Shown here: positions 20,365 to 31,465 of the stretch, piece after piece
How positions within the stretch are numbered: position 1 is the first letter of the stretch
Layout of the letters: each line of letters starts with the position of its first letter
DNA from: Saprolegnia diclina VS20
Lineage: Eukaryota
Direction of reading: 5' to 3'
Assembly (NCBI RefSeq): GCF_000281045.1
Contig: NW_008246111.1
Span: 135,907 to 170,606 of the forward strand
Length of the DNA: 34,700 nt
Made by a program: the position numbers and the translations under genes
Notes under the pieces: model-generated
The model's database searches: none
Told to the model about the DNA's origin: nothing
What the model saw: only the letters and a program-made list of their open reading frames with translations

Positions 20365-21900
20365 CTCGCGCAATGGAGCGCAGACCGAAATAGGTTTCCG
20401 ATGATAACAGTACTACTGTAGTACGCGTAGCTTAAATTAGAGTGTAGTTCTTTCTACTAACGCCGTAACTACTTCATCGCATCGCCTCGTCGATACAATC
20501 CAGCGAGCCACCTTGGGACGAGAGTGTTGAACGGTCCTCCACAACGAGACGAAGCGTCCGAGACACGACAAGCCAAGTCGCAAAGAGGCATTCGCCGGTC
20601 GCAGAGTAGGGCGAGTGCCATAACCATGGCTTGGAGCGTAGCTAGTGGCGCCAGAACTCCCTGACTCGCCTTCGGTACGATTGATACATTGATACTGAAA
20701 CTATATATACTCGATGCAGCCAGCGCTAATGTTTGCGTGGGGTTGTGTATGGCTCCGAAAGAGAGGCCGCTCGAAGCACGCCGAAGACGAACACCATCTT
20801 CAACGAGTTCTTCAGTGCGGTGCCAGCGTCAACAATATTCGATTTTGCGTTGGATTGGCTCGAGGCACGAGTTGCAGCAACTGACCACTTCTACCCCTCG
20901 GCGTTTACTGTACTTCTTCGAAACACTTTGATTCAACTTTGCAATTGTCAATACGAGGCCATAATATGAGGTCGCGTCGACGATGCCTAGGAGTTGTCGA
21001 CGCTAGTGCTGTGACATCGCACACAACGTCAACACATCTCGGTGGACCGTCGCGTTGTCTATTGAGAGCCTGTCTTTCGATCGCGTTTAACCTGTTGGTG
21101 TGGACTGTCTAAACACACGCAATTTTGAATTGCCTTGGCGCACGCAGTGTCGTTGGCATGCAGACATTGAGCGTCCCTTTGCCAAGCGATGACGTACTAC
21201 AAGAAAGCTGCAATCGAACGACCGCGCTTTGTTATCAAGCTCCCTTCGATCCCTGCTCTGTGGCTCAAGGTCGCTGTCGACATTCGTTCGAAACTCTACG
21301 TTGTTCGAGACCTTCTCTTATTCGTCGTCGCAATATCCAGCCATGTAGCCTCGCCTATGCAGGAGCCCATCACCCTCGCGTGCGATACCAGACAGCCGCC
21401 TTGCACTCTGTACGCCGGTCGGCAACCTTGCAGACGCCCGTAAAATAGCGTGTCATTAGACAGCGCGCGTACTCGGTGGTAGGACCCACGTTGAACCCGC
21501 GCACGCCGCGTTTAACCCGTTGCTGTGTGTCACCGCCACTTGTGCAAGTCAACAATTGCGGTCCATCTGGCGATCGACGACGACGCGCCGAAATTCGTCC
21601 TCGTTTTAGGTCAATTCGGTCTAATCAGGCAAGGAGGGCTCGTGGCGCTTTTAAAACACAGCTAATCAATACGCTCAACAAGGTGTTTTTATTCCAAGTA
21701 TGAATCCGAATCCAAGCAAGCCCATGTCCTAATCCAAGGCCATCAAATGCCTCATATAAGGGTGCTAGATGTCCCATAGAAACCTCGAGTGGGAGGCCAC
21801 CCAGCTGCATTTTAATGCACTAAAATGCAAAACTATACAAATATCCAGTCATTAAATAATATTGGACACCATATCCAGCGACCGCAGTAGCCGCGCCTGT

Positions 21901-21918
21901 GTCATTCGCCAACTTGCC
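21901..21918 (+). promoter_or_regulatory. Oomycete INR/FPR-like core promoter
   Basis: gtcattcgccaacttgcc starts about 30 nt before the ATG at 21933 and resembles the oomycete initiator + flanking promoter region consensus. Confidence 0.6.
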
Positions 21919-21932
21919 GCCCGGTCCTTAGC

Positions 21933-23404
21933 ATGCAGCTCGTCCTCGCCCTCTCTGCGCTGCTCGTCAGCGCCGCTCAGGCTGCCACGTACCCGACGTA
22001 TACCATCCCGGCCGTGGACATGGCCGCGCCGGCGGCGGCCGCCGAGACCATCGATGCGCTGCAGACAACGGGCATCGTGGCCTTCAAGAACATCGATGGC
22101 TTCGAGGCCGCGCGCCTGGCCTACGTGGAGGCGGCCGCGCGCTGCGTGGCGACGCCGCATGCGGACGTCATGCGCAAGCTCATGGTCGATGGCACGATGC
22201 GGCGAACGCTTAGCACCAACGTGGACGTGAGCACGGTGCCATCGAGCTTGCTCGCGTCGTGCCCCGAGTACGTGTCGGCGCTCGGGTCGTTCAACGCGGT
22301 CTTGAACACGGCGACGCTCACGTTCGCCAAGCTCCTTGATGCGACGACGCAGACGTCGCTTGTCCAGGACATTGTCGAGCAGGGCAAGCACCTCGAGCAC
22401 TTTCACGCGTACACCAACCCGGCGTCGGACGACGTTGCGGACGAGACGCAAGGTACAGTATCGCTCCTACACTCGCCCCATCTCATGCAGCTACGTAGAG
22501 TTTTCGCTCGAAGCGCACACGGACCTTGGCGGTGGTCTCTTTACGTCGGCGCCCGTCTTCTTCAACGCGCAGCATCAAGTGATTGCCAACCCGGATCCGA
22601 CAACGGGGCTCTATATCCAGATCAAGAACGAGTGGGTGCAGCCGGTCCTCAAGTCGGACGAGCTCGTCTTCATGGCCGGCGAGGGCTGGTCGCAGTGGAT
22701 CGCGACCGACGACTTGGCGTTCCCGGCCGTCGTCCACGCCATGCGCATGCCGCGTGACGCCTCGTCCGACATTGTCCGCGGCTTCCACGGCCGCATGCTT
22801 CTTCTCTCGGACGAGATGGTCATGCGCAACAACCACTTGCGTTTCGACGCCTTCAACGCCCGGAACACGCGCTACCTCAAGGCGCCACTCGCCGACGCCA
22901 AGTTCCCGACGCTCGCGTGCGCGTCGCGTCGGCTTGTCGCGTCCGACTCGAGCTGCACGCTCGGCATTTGGGCGCCGGGCAACGCGAGCGCGGCCTCGAC
23001 GACCACCGACATTTGCATGTTCCACTGCAACGCGATCGGCATGCCAGAAGACACGCAAAAGTGCAAGGACCTCGGCTGCGTCAAGGCGTCCGACATCCCC
23101 AACGGCGGTACCGACTGCTGGATGGTACAACGATCCGACTCGCCGCCAAGCTCATGTGCTGATATATTGATAGATTTGCGTGCAAAAGTACTCGGACGCC
23201 GAGTGCCCCGCCCCCAAGGCGCAGACCTGCAAGGACCAGGAGCTCACATGCGACAAGGTTGTCTTGACCAAGGCGCCCAAGACCAACGCGACGACGACGA
23301 CGACGGCGCCGACGATCGTGACCACCGCGCCCAAGGCCACGTCCAGCGCCACCTCGGCCCTCGTTTCGATGGCGGTCGTTGTCCTTGCTGTCGCTGCCAA
23401 CTAA
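21933..23404 (+). CDS. Secreted, probably GPI-anchored 2-oxoglutarate/Fe(II) dioxygenase-like (IPNS-like) protein; join(21933..22452,22499..23124,23174..23404)
   Basis: Signal peptide MQLVLALSALLVSAAQA, HxD motif (EAHTDLG), GLYIQ…WVQPV…LVFMAGE, distal His (PAVVHAM), Cys-rich domain, Thr-rich stalk and hydrophobic tail SALVSMAVVVLAVAAN*. Two frame-preserving introns (46 and 49 nt). Confidence 0.82.
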
Positions 23405-23803
23405 GGCAAGCCACCCAATCGAGTCGATTTTGGATAGTACTGTATGACGTAAGCTTCGTCCGCAGTGTCGCTAACGTCGCTAAACCGCAGAGGCAGAAAG
23501 GCGGGTCGCTCTTCATATTGCATCTCATCCACTGGTCCGTCCAGTTGAATTAACTTCATCTATAACGGCACGGGCACCGCTTCGGTCGGCGTCCGAGCGT
23601 CAGACCCCGCTATAGCAACGGGAGCGACAAGGAGCCAGAGGAAGCCCACCAAAGGGAAGGCCACCGTCGACCGACTGCTACTTCAGAAATCGCCAACGCC
23701 GACGGTGGCGTTGGTCTCATCGTTAGAAAGGCTGGATCTTATAACCGTGCAGTCTATTCCTGACAGTTCTACTTCAACGCGCTTTGCGGTACCTTGTCGA
23801 CAG

Positions 23804-25597
23804 ATGCTGCGGTCGTGTATATACACCATCGCGATCGTCAAATACGTGCTCTCGGGCGCCTACTGCCTCATTCTCGGGTATCTCGTGGGCTTCTCGCTCA
23901 CAACCGAGCAGCTTGCAGTCCAAGTGTTTGCGGGCCCAACGCTGACCGCGCCGCTCTTTTTTGGCTTTGCGTTGTTGAATCTCGCTGGCATTTTCGATAT
24001 TTTGCTGCCGCGCTACTGCCGACGCCGGACCGTGTCGTCTTGGCGCTGCAACGTCGAGTGGCTGCCGTCGTTTGGCTTGCTCAGTGCGCCGCGGCTCGCG
24101 CTGCAAGGTCTCGTGACCACCGCGCAGGTGCTGCAGGCCTATTACCTCAGCGAACGCGCAGTCAACACGCAACTCGCGACGATCAATGCGATTTTGGTCG
24201 GTGTCTCGGCGGTGTCGAGTCCGCTCCTGCTCGTGTTTGCGGCGTCGCACCCCGACCGAAAGCACTACTACCTCCTCTTTACGAGTCTCTCGAGCTTCCT
24301 GCTTGCGACCGGCTTTGCGCTTGCATTTGTTGTCGTGCCCGTCGGCTACGTCCAAGTGTACGACCTCAAGGCCATCAACTCGCTTGCGTGGGGCACCGAG
24401 TACACGCTCCTTATCCGGTACCTCGTGCCAAACTCGCCATTGGATTTACTAGAGAAAATGACGCTGCGTCTCGCGAGCTGGGTCAACGTCCAGCGCCTTC
24501 TTCGCGTGGTCACGCCCGATGTGACGCCCACGGTGGCGGCGACAACTACGTTGAGCTTTAGCCCGGTGGGCCCGTCTCTCGCTGCTGTCAAGCGCGCTGT
24601 GGACCGTCCACGCCGCCGACTTCTCGCCGTCTACGTTGCACTCCACATGCTACTAGGCGTGGCCGTTGCGGTGTATGCTATCGTACACGCCTGTCGAAAA
24701 CCGACCTGTCCGAGCGGTTGCCGCCTGGCGACCGCACCGTGGTTTAGCCAAGGGTGTCACTGTACCTACTACCACCTCGAATGTGTGGACCCTGACGCGC
24801 CCGTGCTGTTATCCCCCGACGCTCTCGGCCCCGACCTTTTTCACATTCAGTTGACCGGGTGTCGACTCAAGCACGGGTTGGACCTCTCGCTCTTGGCGCC
24901 ATTCCACGGACTCTTCGGCCTCACGATTGAGTTTTCGAATCTCACCGACTGGAGTCTCGGCCCGGTCGGGTGGCCCGACCAGATCATGGCCGTCAACGTT
25001 CGCTACTCCAACCTCTCGAGTATACCGCAAGCCTTGACGACGCTACCGGCGCAGTGCAGGACGCTGACCATTGCGGGGAGTGCGCATCTGGACACGCTAC
25101 CAGCGTCGCTCGTGTCGTCGTGGCGCCACGTGGGCTCGTTGGTTCTCAACAGCAACCAGCTGACCGATGTGCCGAGCTGGCTGAGTGGGCTCACGGGCCT
25201 CGAGGTGCTCGTGCTCTCTGGCAACCAGATACAGACCGTTCCCGACGCGATGCTAGAAGCGATGCCATCGCTCACCTTTCTCAAGCTAGCCCAAAACAAC
25301 CTCACAGCGTTTCCGACGGACCTCTTTGCAGCAAGACCCGAGCTGGACATGGATCTCAGCAACAACCCGATCGCTCCCCTCCCGAGTCTCCCGTCAGCGC
25401 TGACGCGCGCTATCAGCTCGGGAGCAGTTGTTCTGGACGGCACACCGCTCTGTGCTGCGCTCGGAAATGTTTGCAGTGGCAGCTGCTCGCCGAGCTGCTC
25501 CCGGTCCGAGCGCGGCGACCGTGTGTGTCAACTCAACTGCTTTGACGAAGCGTGCGCGTGGGACCTCGGCGACTGCGCGGGCGGTGGTTCGCAGTGA
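23804..25597 (+). CDS. About 7-TM + LRR + LNR-like protein; paralogue 2
   Basis: Long ORF (first ATG at 23804) colinear with paralogues 1 and 3: CPSGCRLATAPWF…CHC, LVLNSNQL, LVLSGNQI, LKLAQNNL, GDRVCQLNCFDEACAWDLGDC. Confidence 0.9.
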   Translation: MLRSCIYTIAIVKYVLSGAYCLILGYLVGFSLTTEQLAVQVFAGPTLTAPLFFGFALLNLAGIFDILLPRYCRRRTVSSWRCNVEWLPSFGLLSAPRLALQGLVTTAQVLQAYYLSERAVNTQLATINAILVGVSAVSSPLLLVFAASHPDRKHYYLLFTSLSSFLLATGFALAFVVVPVGYVQVYDLKAINSLAWGTEYTLLIRYLVPNSPLDLLEKMTLRLASWVNVQRLLRVVTPDVTPTVAATTTLSFSPVGPSLAAVKRAVDRPRRRLLAVYVALHMLLGVAVAVYAIVHACRKPTCPSGCRLATAPWFSQGCHCTYYHLECVDPDAPVLLSPDALGPDLFHIQLTGCRLKHGLDLSLLAPFHGLFGLTIEFSNLTDWSLGPVGWPDQIMAVNVRYSNLSSIPQALTTLPAQCRTLTIAGSAHLDTLPASLVSSWRHVGSLVLNSNQLTDVPSWLSGLTGLEVLVLSGNQIQTVPDAMLEAMPSLTFLKLAQNNLTAFPTDLFAARPELDMDLSNNPIAPLPSLPSALTRAISSGAVVLDGTPLCAALGNVCSGSCSPSCSRSERGDRVCQLNCFDEACAWDLGDCAGGGSQ

Positions 25598-25920
25598 AAG
25601 AAACCTCTATGGAGGGATGAAGCGCTGAGTACAATAATGTCATCCACCATAATGCAAGGTAGTTTTGATTTGACACCGTGGCAAAGAACGTGCACATGCG
25701 GAGCTGTGGGAGCTGGGCGGCGTCTGTTTTGGCATGGTTGTTGGCATATGCCATATATTGCACTTTATTATCGGCACAGTATGCCGCTTATAAGCCCCAG
25801 GTGGTATTTTAGGCTCACCCAGCGTAGGCAGATGCCGTGAAATAATAGTTTTCAGAGGATTAAATCGACATACGATTTCAAAGATATTGGTTGGCATACT
25901 TTTTAAATGACTTCTAGTCG

Positions 25921-25960
25921 ATTTGATTGGTTATATTGAAATTTTTTAAACCAATCAAAT
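25921..25960. repeat. Perfect 12-bp inverted repeat containing opposed CCAAT boxes
   Basis: atttgattggtt (25921-25932) and aaccaatcaaat (25949-25960) flank a 16-nt AT-rich spacer. Confidence 0.7.
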
Positions 25961-26888
25961 GCAGTTGAGGGCCCGCGACGCCCGTCGATCCCTCGTTGAG
26001 CACTCTGATCGACCAAAACGCGTTTGAAAATGGAATCGCCCAAGCTTGGCACATCGATAACAGACACTTTGGAGAGCACGAAATGCTATGTCACGCTGCT
26101 GTTTGATGTGTAGAACAAGAGAAATCGTCGAAACTCTTAAATATGGTGTATACCAGATATAACCATATTTAGCCAAATTGTTGCATGTCCCCGGTCCAGC
26201 AAAGCTGCAATCGCGATGACAGTACTATCCATAGTAGTGCATCGCTTAAGACGCATCGCTGGACAAAGCTAAGCTTATGTGAGCGTTGGCGCATCTATAC
26301 GCGCTCGATACTGCGGACATTTCTAACGTTAGCCTTCAAAACTCCTGCTGCTGCGCCCACAGCGCGCTGTCTCTCGGTGCCCCTAGAACTTTTCTATAGT
26401 TGACAAGCGGTGCGCTTCCGAGGTATCATGGTCGTGTTGGTATTGCAAAACCATCGCTCCTTATTCAAGTTGGAGCGACACCTTGTTCGCGTCCTCTACC
26501 GTACAGCAGACCAGTACATGGTCAGCTGGTACATGGTGGTCGCCGCATCGTGACGATCACTCAGGCGAGCGCAGGCATGTCTTGTCATTTCTACTCGGTG
26601 GTCCTCGGCCTTTTCGTCAACTGCGTTAGCGTGCGCGAGCTATACATTATACAGCGCCTTTGGCGGCGCACGGATGCAAAATCTGACAGTGTCGATCGCC
26701 CGGCCTTGCGGCAAATTTCTAAACATACTCATATTGAATCTATATTCCCCGTATAGTCTCAATATAGCAAAAGAATATCAATATTTAAAACATATCGCGA
26801 CGGTTGTGATAAAAACAAAGCCAATCAGCGGCAAGATCGAGCAAAGATACGCGCTTCGGACCGCCAGGATGCAGCGCAGGACGGGGAT

Positions 26889-27359
26889 ATGCTCGCTGTC
26901 GCCGTCGCCTTTGGCGTCCTCGCGGCGCTCCTCAGCGGCCTCTTCTTCCTGCCGAGTCGGTACCTCCCGTACTCTGTGGCCGCCTCTAGCATCCAAGTCC
27001 CTCCTGCCAAGCTCGCTGGTGAGGCTATGTACGTTTACTGCTTGCACCAGCACACGGCCGCCCGCCGCGCGTCGCTCGAGGCCGCGACCACCATGACGCG
27101 CCATGCTGAGTGGCTCGTCTACATTGGCATAGCGGCGTCCGCCGCGTCCAGCTACGTGCCCCTTGCGTATGTAGGCCTCGGCAGCGGTAGCTTTGTGCTG
27201 TGGCACGTTGCGTCGTTCTGGCGCAATGACGTCCGCCGACGCCAGCACGACGTCGACGCCGACCATTGGGCCGCAGTGTCGCCTTGCGTGCAGGCGTTTC
27301 TCGCTCGGGCCATGCCCCCTAGCTCGCCTTTGAAGACGCCGCCCGGTTGGTGGTGCTAA
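26889..27359 (+). CDS. Hypothetical small membrane protein (156 aa)
   Basis: ATG-started GC-rich ORF between AT-richer flanks, with a hydrophobic N-terminal segment and a second hydrophobic stretch (WLVYIGIAASAASSYVPLAYVGLG). No recognised motif. Confidence 0.5.
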   Translation: MLAVAVAFGVLAALLSGLFFLPSRYLPYSVAASSIQVPPAKLAGEAMYVYCLHQHTAARRASLEAATTMTRHAEWLVYIGIAASAASSYVPLAYVGLGSGSFVLWHVASFWRNDVRRRQHDVDADHWAAVSPCVQAFLARAMPPSSPLKTPPGWWC

Positions 27360-27735
27360 TGTTGTAGTACATGTCTCCTTGCCTTCTATCCCAGACCTAA
27401 ACCCCATCCTGGTTAAACCCTGCAGGGACACAAAACAAGACGTGCGCTTGTCGTCCATAGTAGTGTCAGCGCCGAGTTGCAAAGGATCGAGGTACTGCGT
27501 ACTCGTATGAAGAGCACACGAACGGTCGATCGGACATGTTCGTGTTGGAATTAGAAAGAGCAAAAACGAGCGCAAAATCGTTGGAAAATTGTTGACAAAC
27601 CCATAAATGGCATCCGCATGTGATCAACAAGAGATCCATCTTGGGATATGTTATGCTCGTGCTAAATATACATACAAAAACAATATATGCGACCCACTTT
27701 TCGGTCCTTGCCCACGACGCGAGAAAACTTGATCA

Positions 27736-29562
27736 ATGCAACGCAATAGCCGCGTCCTCGTCGCGCCGGCTGGCCCCGCAGCAGGACCCGCGCCGCCGTC
27801 GATCGAGTACACTCTGCGCCGTCCATTCCTGATCATTAGCTTTCTCAAGTTCATTGCGTCGGCGGTCTACCTCGCGCTCACGAGCATGCTCATGGTCACG
27901 GGCACACCGTCGACCGCGATTAAATTTGAAGTCTACGCCATGCAAACTGCGTCAGGCCCGCTGTATGGGGTATTCGCACTGCTGCACTTGGCGGCAGCGA
28001 TCGAAATGCTTGTACCTGCACGCTGTCGGCACCATACCACCAGTAGCACGTCGCTTCTTCGAAAGGCGCCCATTTGGCTCCCACAAGCGATCCAGTGCAT
28101 TGTCTCAAGTGTGCAGCTCATACAAGCGTACAAGCTTAGCGCAAGTGCAGTCTCAAGTGCCGTCACGACCGCCTACTCGCTCACGCTTGCCGCGTCCTGC
28201 CTCCTTCCACCATGGCTCTACTACTCGTCGCACCCGTTCGTGCGGCATCACATGGCGCTCTTCTTCTCGTCCTTCTTCGGTTTTCTCTTGGCCACCGGCG
28301 TCAACTTGGCATTTTTCCTCCCGCCGATGGTCACCGTCACGATGCGCGACAAGCGTTTGGGGTATGGCATGGCGTGGACGACCGAGTATGTGCTCTTGAC
28401 GCGCTGCTTGGTTCCTGGTACACTCGTCGATCTCGTGGAGAAGCTCGTGCTCTTTGGCATGAGCTACGTTAGCTCGCGCCAGCTCGTGCAGAGTGTCTTT
28501 GCGGTCGCCGCGCCCGCAGCGTCCAGCCGGCTCCTCTCGGGACACCTTCGCGCGCTGGCGTCGGTCAAGGACACGCTTTCGTTTCGAAAACCGCGGTCGC
28601 GCTTCACGCATGTGTTTTTAGCGGTGCATCTCGTCATTGGAAGTGCTGTGCTCGCTATGGTGCTAACACCGCGGCCCGCCTGTCCCGCCAACTGCAAACT
28701 CGCGGTGGCGCCGTGGTTGACGTCGACGTGTCAGTGTATTTACTACCATTTCAACGGCCACGACAATATGTCCATCGATGCGGCGACAATATCGAGCGAC
28801 CGTATCGGCGACCGCCTCTTTTACCTGCATCTCTCCAACTGCACGCAACTGCCGGATCTGCACCTCTTGGCGCGGTTTGGTAACCTCTACGGTCTCACGG
28901 TTGAATTTGGACATGCCACGTCATGGGCCAAGCACAACAATGCGTCGTGGCCATCGTCGTTGATATCGCTCAATTTGCGCTACGTTCCACTAAACGTCAT
29001 TCCGGAAGCCCTCTTGGAGTTGCCGCCCAACTTGCAAACACTCTCAATCACGGGCTGTCTCAACCTCTCGCAACTGCCCAACACGGTCCGCAATTCGTGG
29101 GCGACCGTGGCATGGCTGGTTCTCAACGACAATGCATTTGTTGAGATGCCGCCGTTTTTAGCCAATTTCTCGGCGCTTGAGCGACTCGTCGTGTCGACCA
29201 ACCGCCTCACCACTCTCCCCGAGGCCGCGCTCGCGTCGCTACCACGCTTGACGCGGCTCGAAGCCGCACAAAACAGCCTCACGCAGTGGCCACGCCACCT
29301 TGTGGACGCCAAGCCCACTCTGTTTATCGATCTCAGCAACAACCCGATCGCTGCCGTGCCCACGACGGGCGCCATTGCATCTCGACAGGCTGTGCTGGAC
29401 GGCAGCGACTACTGCAAGGCGACGTTTGCAGCTGGGTGCCACGCTGTCTGCAGCCCGCTTTGCTCCAACATTGAAGTCGGCGACAAGGTTTGTCAACTCA
29501 ACTGCTGGACGGCTGCATGTCAGTGGGATGGCAACGACTGCGCGAACGGCGGCTCACAGTAG
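27736..29562 (+). CDS. About 7-TM + LRR + LNR-like protein; paralogue 3
   Basis: 608-aa ORF with CPANCKLAVAPWL…CQC, LRRs (LVLNDNAF, LVVSTNRL, LEAAQNSL, IDLSNNPI) and GDKVCQLNCWTAACQWDGNDC. Confidence 0.9.
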   Translation: MQRNSRVLVAPAGPAAGPAPPSIEYTLRRPFLIISFLKFIASAVYLALTSMLMVTGTPSTAIKFEVYAMQTASGPLYGVFALLHLAAAIEMLVPARCRHHTTSSTSLLRKAPIWLPQAIQCIVSSVQLIQAYKLSASAVSSAVTTAYSLTLAASCLLPPWLYYSSHPFVRHHMALFFSSFFGFLLATGVNLAFFLPPMVTVTMRDKRLGYGMAWTTEYVLLTRCLVPGTLVDLVEKLVLFGMSYVSSRQLVQSVFAVAAPAASSRLLSGHLRALASVKDTLSFRKPRSRFTHVFLAVHLVIGSAVLAMVLTPRPACPANCKLAVAPWLTSTCQCIYYHFNGHDNMSIDAATISSDRIGDRLFYLHLSNCTQLPDLHLLARFGNLYGLTVEFGHATSWAKHNNASWPSSLISLNLRYVPLNVIPEALLELPPNLQTLSITGCLNLSQLPNTVRNSWATVAWLVLNDNAFVEMPPFLANFSALERLVVSTNRLTTLPEAALASLPRLTRLEAAQNSLTQWPRHLVDAKPTLFIDLSNNPIAAVPTTGAIASRQAVLDGSDYCKATFAAGCHAVCSPLCSNIEVGDKVCQLNCWTAACQWDGNDCANGGSQ

Positions 29563-30864
29563 CTGCTATGATATACTAGTACAGTACATGGATGTGTCTA
29601 CTCGGACCAAGACAATATATCGGAGTGTTATGGCGACTGTGCGGACATTGCTACATCATCTCGCAAAAATTCTGACCAACCACAGAGGTTCGCGGGACAG
29701 TCGTAGCAAGGGCATACCGGTAAATGCCTTCAGGTTGACGCTAGGAAAGCTAGGACTCGAGACTTTTTCAATCTCAGCAGCTCTACTAAGATGGCACTGC
29801 TGCAAGGACGCGGTTGCCAAGCGGTGAGTCGACCTCGATCCTGCCATCAAAATCTGCGCGGTGAGTGGCGCTCTGTCTGCAGTTCGAGCTGCTCCACCTT
29901 AGGCGACTGCATTAACTCAGCTGCCTGCAGCTACGACAGCAGCAGCGACGCCAACCCTTGTCAAGACTTCCGAGCAGTTGCAGAGTCCACGTCATGCTTG
30001 CACGTGGAGCACGAGCAAGCAATATGAGTGGTAGCTATAAGTTGAAGCGTGGAGAGGCTGCTGCAGCTTTGAACCATTCGACTCGCATGTCCCGCCCACA
30101 CAAGTGGTTTTGCAGCAGAGCATTGGTGCAGTGTACCTTGCTTTGCGTACGAGTCCGAGCGTGACAAGCCAATAGCCCTACCCCTCCCTGCGTGCACGCG
30201 CGCGTCGTAACACGTTCGAATTTCAATGTCACTAGCGTTGCTTCTCCGGCAAACATGTCGGTAATGAGGCAGAATCCTAGCGATCGACACCTGGGCTTAG
30301 ATGAGGCCACTTTCCTCATCTATAGTCCATCTTCATAGTATTGCGTTGCATAGTCGTGAGGCAAAGGCTATCACTTGGCCTGACCCGCCAATGTCCAAGG
30401 GCTCCAACTAGCAAGTGCTAAGATACACAGTCGTGCACAGTCGTAGGGTGATGGTGCGAATCAAGTTGTGTTGTTCGGCATGACTCTTTGCAGCCGGCTG
30501 TTGCTCATGTAATATCTACTTCCAACCATCCACAAGCTCGAGCCAGACATGTGGACCGTCTCCGGATTAAAATAGTGTTAAATCATGGCATTCCATTTCC
30601 TATCAGAGCTGCCTCGCACGAACACAAAGCCGAGCAGCAATAGCTAGATCAAACGCTCTGCTGTGTCTCATTCATGGTGTGGGGAGCTGTATGTCCATAC
30701 CAGCAGCGAGGTCCTAGGAGCAGGCAGGTTGATGTACCTATGCACACTATTTTATGCAACTGGAACGACATTCGGTTCTGGTCCACAGGTCGCTTGCACG
30801 AATCCACATGTTTGCCATGTCACCGCGGCGACCATTACTGAAGCGAGATCTTTGCAGGTTGAGA

Positions 30865-30882
30865 GCTCACTTTGCATTTTGC
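30865..30882 (+). promoter_or_regulatory. Oomycete INR/FPR-like core promoter
   Basis: gctcactttgcattttgc starts about 40 nt upstream of the ATG at 30905. Confidence 0.65.
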
Positions 30883-30904
30883 ACGCCACCAACCAACGAC
30901 TACC

Positions 30905-31465
30905 ATGAAGCTTCTCTCCATCTTCCTCGCGGCCGCGGTTGCCTATGCCGCCAAGTCGTGCGACAACAAGACAGACCCCCCAGCGCCGACGAGCCTCTCG
31001 CCGACGATGACCCCTGCCCCGACGACGTACACTCACGCGCCGACGGCTGGCCCCACGGTCGCCCCCACGAAGGCCCCGACGTCGGCCCCTACATCGGCCC
31101 CCACGGCGGCCCCCCAGCCAGGCAACGGCTCGCCGATTCTCATCAACTTGGCCGTGCCCGACCACGTCGGCGTCGACTGCCCCGGTATCCAGTCGCGTCA
31201 TCCTGCCGGCACGCTCTTCTGTGGCTCGCCCAAGCCGCCGGGGGCCAACGTCTACGAGCCGTCGTGCGACAAGTCGATGACGATCTCGTACAAGGGCAAG
31301 AGCGTCACGTGTGTGATTTCGTTCCAGGCTTCGGGCGTCGGTCTCACCACGGACGCGTATGTCGAGATTGTCCCCGAGGCGTACAAGGTCTTGACGGGCG
31401 AGACGTATGGCGGCCAGCTCTTCGGCGGCACCTGCACCGGTGTCTGCAACGTCGCCCGCTCGTAA
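30905..31465 (+). CDS. Secreted protein: signal peptide, Pro/Thr linker, divergent DPBB (loosenin/barwin/expansin-D1-like) domain
   Basis: MKLLSIFLAAAVAYA, then APT repeats, then [19 protein letters not shown]…YVEIVPEAYKVL, which resembles the DPBB pattern CGKxIxIxYxGKSVxVxVxD…LDLSPxAFxxL. Confidence 0.82.
   Translation: MKLLSIFLAAAVAYAAKSCDNKTDPPAPTSLSPTMTPAPTTYTHAPTAGPTVAPTKAPTSAPTSAPTAAPQPGNGSPILINLAVPDHVGVDCPGIQSRHPAGTLFCGSPKPPGANVYEPSCDKSMTISYKGKSVTCVISFQASGVGLTTDAYVEIVPEAYKVLTGETYGGQLFGGTCTGVCNVARS

Noticed and set aside
20689..21448. Protein-like short ORFs (…NTIFNEFFSAVP…, MTYYKKAAIERP…)
   Set aside because: No recognisable motif or consistent splice model. They could be decayed gene fragments, but this cannot be supported.
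21806..21829. 9-bp hairpin tgcatttta/taaaatgca
   Set aside because: Short and AT-rich, so plausible by chance. Bacterial-type terminators are not relevant here.
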